From positions 40,242 to 104,241 of the forward strand of contig JAUNSO010000006.1 of the NCBI GenBank assembly GCA_030539165.1: 64,000 nt of DNA, read 5' to 3'. Each line of letters opens with the position of its first letter. Position 1 is the stretch's first letter. Origin of the DNA: a bacterium (GTDB lineage: Bacteria > Bacillota > Clostridia > Lachnospirales > Lachnospiraceae). A program made the translations under genes and the position numbers. Below are positions 22,574-30,744 of the stretch, piece after piece. The notes beneath the pieces were generated by a model. The model was given only the letters and a program-made list of their open reading frames with translations, made no database searches and was not told the DNA's origin.

Positions 22574-24667
22574 ATGAATGTTTACACAACTGACAAGATT
22601 CGAAACGTGGTGCTCCTGGGACACGGGGGTGCCGGCAAGACCAGCTTAGTCGAGGCAATGGCATATCTTTCAGGAATTACGAGCCGCATGGGCAAGATCG
22701 CGGACGGTAACACAATCAGTGATTACGATAAAGAAGAGCAGAAAAGACAGTTCTCTATCGGTACGTCAGTCGTTCCAATCGAATGGGAAGGCACAAAGAT
22801 CAATGTGCTGGATACTCCGGGTTATTTTGATTTTGTAGGTGAAGTAGAAGAAGCAGTCGGTGCAGCAGCAGGGGCTATCATTGTTGTATCAGGCAAGGCA
22901 GGTATAGAAGTAGGAACAGAAAAAGCATGGGATTTATGCGAAAAATATAAATTACCAAGAATGTTTTTCGTTACAGATATGGACGTTGATAATGCAAGCT
23001 ATAGACAGGTGGTAGAAGATCTGACCGAGAGATACGGCAAGAGGATCGCTCCGTTCCATCTGCCAATCAGAGAAAATGAGAAGTTTGTAGGTTATGTCAA
23101 TGTAGTCAGCGAGACAGGAAACAGATGGACAGACAAGGGTGAGGTCGTACCCTGTGATATTCCTGAGTATTCAGAGCCAAATCTGCAGATTTGCAGAGAT
23201 GCACTGCTGGAAGCTGTAGCAGAGACAAGTGAAGACTTCATGGAGAGATATTTCGGAGGAGAGACCTTTTCTGAGGCAGAGATCCGTTCTGCACTGCGTG
23301 TCAGTGTATTTGACGGCAGCATTGTTCCGATTTCCATGGGTTCTAATGTATTGTGTCAGGGTGTCTTTACACTGATCGACGATATCATCAAATATTTTCC
23401 GAGTCCTGATATGCGTAAGGTAGCAGGCATCAATATGAAGACAAACGAGATCTTTGAAGCAGATTATGACTTCTCAAAACCGAAGTCAGCTTATATCTGG
23501 AAGACCATTGTCGATCCTTTCATTGGTAAATACTCTTTGATTAAGGTTTGCTCCGGTGTATTTAAGTCTGATGATACGATTTTCAATGAGGATAAGGATA
23601 CAGAGGAAAGAGTATCAAAGCTGTTTGTCCTGCAGGGAAACAAGCCGATTGAAGTGAAGGAACTGCATGCCGGAGACATCGGCGCTATCCAGAAACTGTC
23701 AGCGGCCAGAACCGGTGACACGCTGTGTACAAAGGCTACACCGATCAAATACGGCAAGACAGAGATCAGCAGACCTTACACATGTATGAGATATAAGGCT
23801 AAAAATAAGGCTGATATCGATAAGATCTCAGGTGCATTATCAAAGATGATGAATGAGGATCTGACACTGTTGAATGTCAATGACGGCGAGAACAGACAGA
23901 CATTGCTCTATGGTATGGGAGACCAGCATCTCGAGGTAGTGGCAAGCAAGCTGATGAACGTCTATAAGGTTGAGATCGAACTGTCACAGCCGAAGGTAGC
24001 ATTCCGTGAGACCATCAAGAAAAATTCTGATGTAGAGAGTAAGTTCAAAAAACAGTCAGGCGGACACGGACAGTACGGACACGTTAAGATGAGATTTGAG
24101 CCTCTCGGAGATCTGGAGAAGGCATATGAGTTTGAACAGGTCGTAGTCGGCGGAGCCGTTCCAAAGAACTTCTTCCCGGCAGTGGAAAAGGGACTTGCAG
24201 AGTCAGTCCTGAAGGGACCTCTGGCAGCATATCCTGTAGTCGGTGTGAAGGCGATCCTGTATGATGGAAGCTATCATCCGGTAGACTCTTCTGAGCAGGC
24301 ATTTAAGATGGCAACGATCCAGGCATTCAAGAAGGGCTTCATGGAAGCAGGCCCTATCCTGATGGAGCCGATCGCGAAGCTGAAGGTCACTGTTCCGGAT
24401 AACTATACCGGAGATGTTATGGGTGATTTGAACAAGCGTCGTGGCCGTGTACTCGGCATGAACCCGATCGGCAACGGCAAGCAGACCATCGAGGCAGACA
24501 TTCCGATGACAGGCTTGCATGGATACTGCACAGATCTTCGCTCCATGACTGGCGGACGCGGCGATTTCGAGTATGAGTTCACCCGTTATGAGCAGGCTCC
24601 TTCAGATGTACAGGAGAAGGAAATCATAGCGAGAGCTGATAAACTGGTAGACAGTGCAGATGCATAA
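22574..24667 (+). CDS. Elongation factor G paralogue (EF-G2 type)
   Basis: Five-domain EF-G architecture but G1 is GHGGAGKTS and the switch II region is DTPGYFDFVGE, where canonical EF-G has AHIDAGKTT and DTPGHVDF. It is stand-alone, not in an rpsL-rpsG-fusA-tuf context. ATG 22574 is preceded by GGAGGA. Confidence 0.87.
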   Translation: MNVYTTDKIRNVVLLGHGGAGKTSLVEAMAYLSGITSRMGKIADGNTISDYDKEEQKRQFSIGTSVVPIEWEGTKINVLDTPGYFDFVGEVEEAVGAAAGAIIVVSGKAGIEVGTEKAWDLCEKYKLPRMFFVTDMDVDNASYRQVVEDLTERYGKRIAPFHLPIRENEKFVGYVNVVSETGNRWTDKGEVVPCDIPEYSEPNLQICRDALLEAVAETSEDFMERYFGGETFSEAEIRSALRVSVFDGSIVPISMGSNVLCQGVFTLIDDIIKYFPSPDMRKVAGINMKTNEIFEADYDFSKPKSAYIWKTIVDPFIGKYSLIKVCSGVFKSDDTIFNEDKDTEERVSKLFVLQGNKPIEVKELHAGDIGAIQKLSAARTGDTLCTKATPIKYGKTEISRPYTCMRYKAKNKADIDKISGALSKMMNEDLTLLNVNDGENRQTLLYGMGDQHLEVVASKLMNVYKVEIELSQPKVAFRETIKKNSDVESKFKKQSGGHGQYGHVKMRFEPLGDLEKAYEFEQVVVGGAVPKNFFPAVEKGLAESVLKGPLAAYPVVGVKAILYDGSYHPVDSSEQAFKMATIQAFKKGFMEAGPILMEPIAKLKVTVPDNYTGDVMGDLNKRRGRVLGMNPIGNGKQTIEADIPMTGLHGYCTDLRSMTGGRGDFEYEFTRYEQAPSDVQEKEIIARADKLVDSADA

Positions 24668-24688
24668 ATAAATAGGATAAGCGAAAAA

Positions 24689-24734
24689 GGACTGCAGTAC
24701 ATTCGATATCACTCGATAGACTGCAGTTCTTTTT
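24689..24734 (+). terminator. Intrinsic terminator after the EF-G2 gene
   Basis: GGACTGCAG (24689-24697) pairs with CTGCAGTTC (24721-24729), followed by TTTTT. The loop is 23 nt. Confidence 0.65.
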
Positions 24735-24770
24735 ACGCCCTTTCATATGATATGAAAAGGGTTGTTTTCC

Positions 24771-24799
24771 TTGACAAAAGGGAATAATATGAGTAGAAT
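24771..24799 (+). promoter_or_regulatory. Sigma-A-like promoter for leuS
   Basis: TTGACA (24771-24776), 17-nt spacer, TAGAAT (24794-24799). Confidence 0.6.
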
Positions 24800-24837
24800 T
24801 TTAGGGACTAGACGAAATACTATTGGAGGAATGTAAC

Positions 24838-27273
24838 ATGGCAGTACCATATAATCACAGAGAAGTAGAACAAAAATGGCAGAAGGTATGGGATGATGAA
24901 CATGCATTTCAGACTTCAGATGATTACTCAAAGCCGAAATATTATGCACTGGTTGAGTTCCCATATCCGTCAGGACAGGGACTTCATGTAGGACATCCGA
25001 GACCATACACGGCACTCGATATCGTTGCCCGTAAGAAGAGAATGCAGGGCTACAACGTGCTGTATCCGATGGGATGGGATGCATTTGGTCTGCCGACTGA
25101 AAACTATGCCATCAAGAACCATATCCATCCGAGAATCGTAACCAAGAATAATGTGGAGCGCTTCAAGGGTCAGTTACATTCGCTCGGTTATTCCTTCGAC
25201 TGGGAAAGAGAAGTGAATACGACCGATATCAATTATTATAAATGGACACAGTGGATCTTCCTCAAATTATTCAATGCAGGACTTGCCTACAAGTCAGAGA
25301 TGCCGATTAACTGGTGTACCTCATGCAAGGTCGGACTGGCAAATGAAGAGGTGGTGAACGGTGTCTGTGAACGCTGCGGCAGTGAGGTTGTCCGTAAGGT
25401 CAAGAGCCAATGGATGTTGAAAATCACAGAGTATGCAGATAAGCTTTTAGAGGGACTGGATACAGTCGATTATGTGGAACGTGTCAAGGTGTCACAGAAG
25501 AACTGGATCGGACGTTCGGAGGGCGCAGAGGTTGACTTTGCACTGAAGGATAAAGAGGACAAGCTGCGTATCTATACAACCAGACCGGATACACTTTTTG
25601 GCGCAACCTACATGGTTGTATCACCGGAGCATCCGTTCCTTGACAAATATAAGGATACCATCAAAAACTGGAATGAGATTATTGCTTATCGTGAGATGGC
25701 AGCCAAGAAGTCTGATTTCGAGCGTACAGAGCTTGCAAAAGAGAAGACAGGTGTCAATATTGACGGATTTACGGCAATCAATCCCGTTAACGGAAAAGAG
25801 ATTCCGGTATGGGTATCTGATTATGTATTAATGACATACGGAACCGGAGCAATTATGGCAGTTCCGGCTCATGATGACCGTGACTGGGAATTTGCCAAGA
25901 AATTCAATCTTCCGCTCATTCAGGTAGTGGCAAAGAACGGAGAAGAAGTAGACATCAATGAAGCAGCATTTACAGATGTTGCAACAGGCGTGCTTGTGAA
26001 TTCAGACTTCTTAAACGGTCTTGAAGTAACAGATGCCAAAAAGAAGATTACAGAATTCCTGACAGAGAAGGGAATCGGAGAGAAGAAGGTCAACTTCAAG
26101 CTGCGTGACTGGGTATTCTCCAGACAGCGTTACTGGGGAGAGCCGATTCCGATTGTTAAATGTGATAAATGCGGTTATGTAGCACTTCCGGAATCAGCAC
26201 TTCCGCTGGAACTTCCTGAGGTAGAGAGCTATATGCCAACAGACAATGGAGAATCACCGCTTGCTGCCATGACAGACTGGGTTAATACAACATGTCCGTG
26301 CTGTGGAGGTCCTGCAAAGCGTGAGACCGATACCATGCCTCAGTGGGCTGGTTCTTCATGGTATTTCTTAAGATACACAGACCCGAAGAATACAGAAGCA
26401 CTGGCAAGTCCGGAAGCATTAAAATACTGGATGCCGGTAGACTGGTATAACGGCGGTATGGAGCATACCACATTGCATCTGCTGTACTCAAGATTCTGGC
26501 ACAGATTCCTCTATGATGAGGGTGTGGTTCCGTGTCCGGAGCCGTATCAGAAGCGTACCTCACATGGTATGATTCTCGGCGAGAATGGAGAGAAAATGTC
26601 CAAGTCCCGCGGCAATGTTGTGAACCCGGATGACATCGTAAGAGATTACGGTGCGGATACGCTGCGTACTTATGAAATGTTCATTGGAGCCTTTGAGTTA
26701 AGTGCTTCATGGTCAGAGGACGGAGTGAAGGGCTGCAGAAGGTTCCTTGAGAGAGTATGGAAGCTGCAGGATATTATGACTGACGAGGCAGGCTATTCCA
26801 AGGATCTCGAGACGAAGATGCATCAGACGATTAAGAAGGTCAGCTACGATTTTGAGAATCTGAAATACAATACGGCAATTGCTGCCATGATGGCACTGAT
26901 CAATGAATTTTATAAGAAGAATTCTGTGACAAAAGGCGAATTTATTACATTGCTGAAGTTATTGAATCCGGTTGCTCCGCATATTACGGAGGAGCTCTGG
27001 AGTACAGTCGGCTGTGAAGGAAGAGTATACCAGAGTACATGGCCGGAGTATGAAGAAGAGAAGACTGTGGAAAGCACGGTTGAGGTTGCTGTCCAGATCA
27101 ACGGAAAGATTAAGGGCACCATCATGATCGAGAAGGATGCGGATAAGGACAGCGTGATTGCAGCAGGTAAAGAAGCAGTCGCAGACAAGCTGACTGGAAT
27201 GGTGATTAAGAAGGAAATCTATGTTCCAGGAAGAATCGTGAATCTGGTGGCAGTATCCAAAAATCTCGTTTAG
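24838..27273 (+). CDS. leuS: Leucyl-tRNA synthetase
   Basis: HVGHPRPY (HIGH-type), KMSKSRGN (KMSKS), and a CP1 editing-domain region ([12 protein letters not shown]). Confidence 0.95.
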   Translation: MAVPYNHREVEQKWQKVWDDEHAFQTSDDYSKPKYYALVEFPYPSGQGLHVGHPRPYTALDIVARKKRMQGYNVLYPMGWDAFGLPTENYAIKNHIHPRIVTKNNVERFKGQLHSLGYSFDWEREVNTTDINYYKWTQWIFLKLFNAGLAYKSEMPINWCTSCKVGLANEEVVNGVCERCGSEVVRKVKSQWMLKITEYADKLLEGLDTVDYVERVKVSQKNWIGRSEGAEVDFALKDKEDKLRIYTTRPDTLFGATYMVVSPEHPFLDKYKDTIKNWNEIIAYREMAAKKSDFERTELAKEKTGVNIDGFTAINPVNGKEIPVWVSDYVLMTYGTGAIMAVPAHDDRDWEFAKKFNLPLIQVVAKNGEEVDINEAAFTDVATGVLVNSDFLNGLEVTDAKKKITEFLTEKGIGEKKVNFKLRDWVFSRQRYWGEPIPIVKCDKCGYVALPESALPLELPEVESYMPTDNGESPLAAMTDWVNTTCPCCGGPAKRETDTMPQWAGSSWYFLRYTDPKNTEALASPEALKYWMPVDWYNGGMEHTTLHLLYSRFWHRFLYDEGVVPCPEPYQKRTSHGMILGENGEKMSKSRGNVVNPDDIVRDYGADTLRTYEMFIGAFELSASWSEDGVKGCRRFLERVWKLQDIMTDEAGYSKDLETKMHQTIKKVSYDFENLKYNTAIAAMMALINEFYKKNSVTKGEFITLLKLLNPVAPHITEELWSTVGCEGRVYQSTWPEYEEEKTVESTVEVAVQINGKIKGTIMIEKDADKDSVIAAGKEAVADKLTGMVIKKEIYVPGRIVNLVAVSKNLV

Positions 27274-27281
27274 AAACGGAC

Positions 27282-27362
27282 GCCGCGTGAACATATATGG
27301 TACGCTCAGCGCCCACCACCCCAATACCGCCCTGCTTCGCATACCATATATGTCCACGCGGC
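27282..27362 (+). repeat. 24-nt imperfect inverted repeat (hairpin) with 33-nt C-rich loop, directly after the leuS stop
   Basis: GCCGCGTGAACATATATGGTACGC (27282-27305) pairs with GCATACCATATATGTCCACGCGGC (27339-27362) with two A/C mismatches. There is no downstream T-run. Confidence 0.8.
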
Positions 27363-27405
27363 TGTTGGTTTAAGGTTATAATTAGCTATTTCGATAAAGT
27401 AGATG

Positions 27406-27641
27406 AGACAGATTGTATGATGGACAATTGGATTCTGTGAATATGAAGGATATTAGAACCACTTAGTATTCCGTACGCTTTCAGCAATGTCGGAACACGA
27501 TGTTCCGACAAGAATCAGCTGAGCCATGGATGGCGAATCTGATTCGGTTGCGTCCGAATTCAATATACCATCCGGAATACTTAGTGGTTCTTATATCCGA
27601 AATTCTGAATAGAATACAATTGTCCATCATACAATCTGTCT
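27406..27641 (+). repeat. 236-nt long imperfect inverted repeat / extended hairpin in the mgtC-family 5' region
   Basis: 27406-27438 pairs with 27609-27641 (33 positions, 1 mismatch, 1 G-T). After an internal loop, 27448-27473 pairs with 27573-27598 (26 positions, 2 mismatches). The central 99 nt contain two nested hairpins (27488-27510, 27512-27545). Confidence 0.85.
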
Positions 27642-27664
27642 TTCACAGTATAAGGAGTAAATTC

Positions 27665-28357
27665 ATGAGTGATTTCTTGACCTATATACAAGATGTGAAT
27701 ATTGCCTCAGTCAGCTGCCGATTGCTGTTTGCACTGGTGGCTGGGGTGATTATCGGGATCGACCGGGCGAGGAAGAGACGGGGCGCGGGGATCAAGACGC
27801 ATGTACTGGTGTGTATGGGATCGGCACTTGTGATGCTGACGGCACAGTATGTATGTGACGTGTTTGATGCGTCCAAGATTGATATGACCAGAATGGGGGC
27901 ACAGGTCATCAGTGGTGTCGGCTTTCTTGGAGTCGGAACGATCGTAGTGACCGGACGGAATCAGGTACGTGGACTGACGACTGCGGCAGGACTATGGGCA
28001 TGCGCCTGTCTGGGACTGGCGGCAGGTATCGGATTTTGGGAAGGCGCCATCGTGATGCTGGTTCTGGTGGTAATCACATTTGGTGTACTGGCAAAGCTGG
28101 ATCAGTATGTTACACATCATTCCAAGGTACTGGACTTGTATGTAGAAGTGGATTCTCTGAAGCATGCATCGGAATTCCTGAAAACAGTCAGAGCGATGAA
28201 TGTCAGAGTCAATAACTTTGAAATCAATAAAACAAAGATAAAGAACGACTTCGTCACTGCCTTGATCACCGTGGAAATGAACCACAGCGGTGATCGCGAG
28301 GAGGTACTCGGTATCTGCAGAGATATGGAAGGCGTTCTTTATCTGGAAGAGATCTGA
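27665..28357 (+). CDS. MgtC/SapB-family membrane protein
   Basis: LLFALVAGVIIGIDRARKRRGAGIKTHVLVCMGSAL is typical of the MgtC N-domain, and a C-terminal ACT-like domain follows. AAGGAG lies upstream of ATG 27665; the ORF-track start at 27500 runs through the hairpin element. Confidence 0.85.
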   Translation: MSDFLTYIQDVNIASVSCRLLFALVAGVIIGIDRARKRRGAGIKTHVLVCMGSALVMLTAQYVCDVFDASKIDMTRMGAQVISGVGFLGVGTIVVTGRNQVRGLTTAAGLWACACLGLAAGIGFWEGAIVMLVLVVITFGVLAKLDQYVTHHSKVLDLYVEVDSLKHASEFLKTVRAMNVRVNNFEINKTKIKNDFVTALITVEMNHSGDREEVLGICRDMEGVLYLEEI

Positions 28358-28383
28358 TGACAGATCAGATCATACAAACGGCG

Positions 28384-28659
28384 CTACTTGAACATTGTAT
28401 ACATCTGCAGGAGCTGATCCATCCGGGCGTGTTCGTCCGGTGAACTGTGCTTTTTCAGTGTGGTGATGATCCTGTCAGTTTCATCAGTTGTAAATGAAAT
28501 GTTGCTGCTTTTGGCTTTCGAAGCGAGAGCCAGAAGAAACGGCATTTTTTCTTTGTCTGTGATTCTGCCGGAATCGACAACCAGCTTTTGCAGAAACATC
28601 AGCTTCTCACGATTGATACCGGCAAGTGACGGATCATTGATCCATTGGTCATTAATCAT
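28384..28659 (-). CDS. Hypothetical 91-aa helical protein, paralogous in pattern to the upstream 173-aa protein
   Basis: ORF abuts the previous gene with a 3-nt gap. Shared C-terminal pattern (...DQLLQMYTMF versus ...DQILQMMQAFEMY). Confidence 0.55.
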   Translation of the reverse strand: MINDQWINDPSLAGINREKLMFLQKLVVDSGRITDKEKMPFLLALASKAKSSNISFTTDETDRIITTLKKHSSPDEHARMDQLLQMYTMFK

Positions 28660-28662
28660 AGT

Positions 28663-29184
28663 TTACATCTCCTTAAACATCTCAAACATTTTTAATTGCT
28701 CCGGTGACAGCATTCCCATCAGAGAGGACAGCGGATCCTTTCCGGAAGCAGAAGCAGACCCAGCGGCAGAGGCTCCGTCAGCATTTTCAGAGTCATTGCC
28801 CATAGAGGCAAAGGGCTGCAGAAATGCACTGTATTTCTGATACATTTCAAAGGCCTGCATCATCTGGAGTATCTGGTCTACAGACGCCTGCTCACTTTTG
28901 GAACAGTATTTCTTCAGCCCTTTCATGACTTCACGGGGATCATTGCTCTTGCATTTTGAAAATCTGGCAGCAAATTTCTGAGGTTCATTTCTAAAGTAGC
29001 TAATGATATACATGAGTTCCAGCAGCTTGATATAGATGGCCATATATTTTTGCATGCTGATCTCTACATATGGAAGCGCGGATTTTAACATACGAATCCG
29101 GTCAGTGGTCGTCATCTCGTCAAATTCAGATACAAATTCCTGCTTCATGTCACTCATATGCACAGTTCCCTCGATATCATTCAC
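28663..29184 (-). CDS. Hypothetical 173-aa protein with Gly/Ser/Ala-rich linker
   Basis: ORF with coding-like composition. A possible alternative start is ATG 29157 (GAGGGA upstream). I recognise no family. Confidence 0.6.
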   Translation of the reverse strand: MNDIEGTVHMSDMKQEFVSEFDEMTTTDRIRMLKSALPYVEISMQKYMAIYIKLLELMYIISYFRNEPQKFAARFSKCKSNDPREVMKGLKKYCSKSEQASVDQILQMMQAFEMYQKYSAFLQPFASMGNDSENADGASAAGSASASGKDPLSSLMGMLSPEQLKMFEMFKEM

Positions 29185-29318
29185 CTATATGTATGAAAGA
29201 AAAATAGAAAATATTCGGACAAAGCAGATCCAAAATCAGCAGGAGAGAAGGCAGACCGATACAAAGAAAAGACGGCGACTGACCGCCATATTGGCAGTCA
29301 ACCGCCTTTCAAGATGAA

Positions 29319-29561
29319 TCAGCAGAAAGAATTTCCACCACAGCAGCAAAGTAACAAAAGAATGATGATAATACAACCGCAGCCGTCACCATCACCGCCG
29401 AATAATCCGGAAAGTCCGGAACCGCCGCCACAGCCACAGCTGTCGCCGCCATTGTTGCAAAGACAAAGAATCAGGATAATCCAAATAATAGAACCACAGC
29501 CACCGCTGTTATGACGTCCACAATCATTTGGGATACCGCATCCGCAATTTATTTCGCCCAT
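29319..29561 (-). CDS. Cys/Gly-rich 80-aa mini-protein with two hydrophobic segments
   Basis: Sequence MGEINCGCG...GGCGSIIWIILILCLCNNGGDSCGCGGGSG...DGCGCIIIILLLLCCCGGNSFC, an internally duplicated [G/C-rich]-[hydrophobic] module. A strong RBS (GGAGGA) lies 6 nt upstream of ATG 29561 on the minus strand. Confidence 0.65.
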   Translation of the reverse strand: MGEINCGCGIPNDCGRHNSGGCGSIIWIILILCLCNNGGDSCGCGGGSGLSGLFGGDGDGCGCIIIILLLLCCCGGNSFC

Positions 29562-29715
29562 GTGTCATCCTCCAATATTGGTTATGCTATATATTATGTG
29601 AGTTCATCAAAAGTGTTCAACCGGATTGGAAAACAAATTTAAGCAAGATTTTCAGGGTGGAGAGAAAAAAACTGAAATGCATAACTTCAAACTTCGATCA
29701 ATAATATCAGAATGA

Positions 29716-29744
29716 TTACAAAGTAAGGTCTCCTATGTTATAAT
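29716..29744 (+). promoter_or_regulatory. Extended -10 promoter for the RelA/SpoT-domain gene
   Basis: TTACAA (29716-29721), 17-nt spacer ending in TGT, TATAAT (29739-29744). Confidence 0.5.
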
Positions 29745-29787
29745 CAGAGAAAGGTGGAGTATAATAAGACAAAAGGAGGTTCGGATT

Positions 29788-30402
29788 GTGTCAGATATTT
29801 TGCATAGAGATGGATTGACAATAGATATGCTTAAGCAGCTATCTTACCAATCAGATTTAGGTATTAATTTAAAGAAAAATTTACATTATTTTGATAAAGA
29901 AGAACTATTTAAAGAATTGATAGATGTAAACAGTTGGTATGATTCATTTAATCAGCTACACGAATTAGCGTTGGATTACAGGATTAAAAGTGTACAATCA
30001 GCGATATTAAAATATGAGAGGTATTATCCAGATCGTCAGGCAAGAAAAGTATTTGATGACTTATTAGGATTCCGTTCGTTATGCGATAACTATGAGGATG
30101 TTCTGCAATTAAAAGAAATACCAGAGTTAAGAGTTGCGGATATGTCAAAAGGAAAAGCAAATGATGATGGGTACAGAGGAATTCATGTATATTTTCAGCT
30201 GGATGGAAACCATTACCCGATTGAAATACAATATAATACATATTATGATAGGCAGTTCAATAACTGGCTTCATAAATATGTATATAAGAAAAAATATGAT
30301 GATTCTGTAGGATATCGCTTGCGTGAATTATATGAGAGTGCTAAAATTCTATCAGAAAAAGATTTTAAGGAGGCGTTAGAACATGTGTTACTTGATTGCT
30401 AA
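29788..30402 (+). CDS. Stand-alone RelA/SpoT-domain (alarmone-synthetase fold) nucleotide pyrophosphotransferase, toxSAS-like
   Basis: Motif series YRIKSVQSAILKYER, DLLGFRSL, DGYRGIHVYF, PIEIQYNTYYDRQFNNWLHKYVYKK matches the RelA/SpoT synthetase core. No HD hydrolase, TGS or ACT domains; 204 aa. GTG start with AAAGGAGG upstream. Confidence 0.85.
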   Translation: MSDILHRDGLTIDMLKQLSYQSDLGINLKKNLHYFDKEELFKELIDVNSWYDSFNQLHELALDYRIKSVQSAILKYERYYPDRQARKVFDDLLGFRSLCDNYEDVLQLKEIPELRVADMSKGKANDDGYRGIHVYFQLDGNHYPIEIQYNTYYDRQFNNWLHKYVYKKKYDDSVGYRLRELYESAKILSEKDFKEALEHVLLDC

Positions 30403-30607
30403 GAGTATAGACGATGTTGGCTGTGTTGCTCTAAAAACAACACATGGAAAACATCTTTCAGATTTTAAAAGAAAAGTGGAAGCACAGGTTGGATATGAAA
30501 AGATTCAACTCGTTACAATTAGTAGACCATCTGCTTATGGAGAATATGAACCATATCATTTTGCTGATACAGAAGATGAATTTGAAAAAATGGTTGTGAA
30601 TATGTAA
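30383..30607 (+). CDS. 74-aa acidic-tailed protein overlapping the RelA/SpoT gene by 20 nt (candidate cognate partner/antitoxin)
   Basis: The ATG lies inside the upstream gene's 3' end, and the terminator follows directly. I recognise no family. Confidence 0.55.
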   Translation: MCYLIAKSIDDVGCVALKTTHGKHLSDFKRKVEAQVGYEKIQLVTISRPSAYGEYEPYHFADTEDEFEKMVVNM

Positions 30608-30626
30608 TTTATTAAGAAATGAAGAG

Positions 30627-30665
30627 AATCGGGATTACACGAATTTTTGTATCCCGATTTTTTAT
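30627..30665 (+). terminator. Intrinsic terminator of the two-gene module
   Basis: AATCGGGAT (30627-30635) pairs with ATCCCGATT (30651-30659), followed by TTTTTTATT. Confidence 0.8.
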
Positions 30666-30708
30666 TGCTTAAAAATCGAATAAATCTAACAAATGTATGC
30701 ACAGCGTA

Positions 30709-30738
30709 TTTACATTTTTAAATGTCTTGTGATATTAT
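30709..30738 (+). promoter_or_regulatory. Orphan extended -10 promoter
   Basis: TTTACA (30709-30714), 18-nt spacer ending in TGA, TATTAT (30733-30738). No convincing ORF follows for about 260 nt. Confidence 0.4.
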
Positions 30739-30744
30739 GAATGA

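Noticed and set aside
24735-24837. T-box leader for leuS
   Set aside because: Only about 40 nt lie between the predicted -10 and the ATG, and no T-box sequence or terminator/antiterminator is present.
27406-27641. M-box (ykoK) Mg2+ riboswitch upstream of mgtC
   Set aside because: The element is essentially one long perfect helix and lacks the multi-helix M-box core sequences as I remember them. I cannot exclude this without a covariance-model scan.
27500-27664. N-terminal 55-codon extension of the mgtC-family ORF in the six-frame track
   Set aside because: The extension runs through the long inverted repeat and has no RBS. The MgtC-like sequence begins at ATG 27665, which has AAGGAG upstream.
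29314-29514. Pro-rich 66-aa ORF on the + strand (PQPSPSPPNNPESPEPPPQPQLSPP)
   Set aside because: It is the antisense reading of the Gly/Cys-rich gene (GGN/TGY codons read as CCN). It has no RBS, whereas the minus-strand gene has a strong GGAGGA at the correct spacing.
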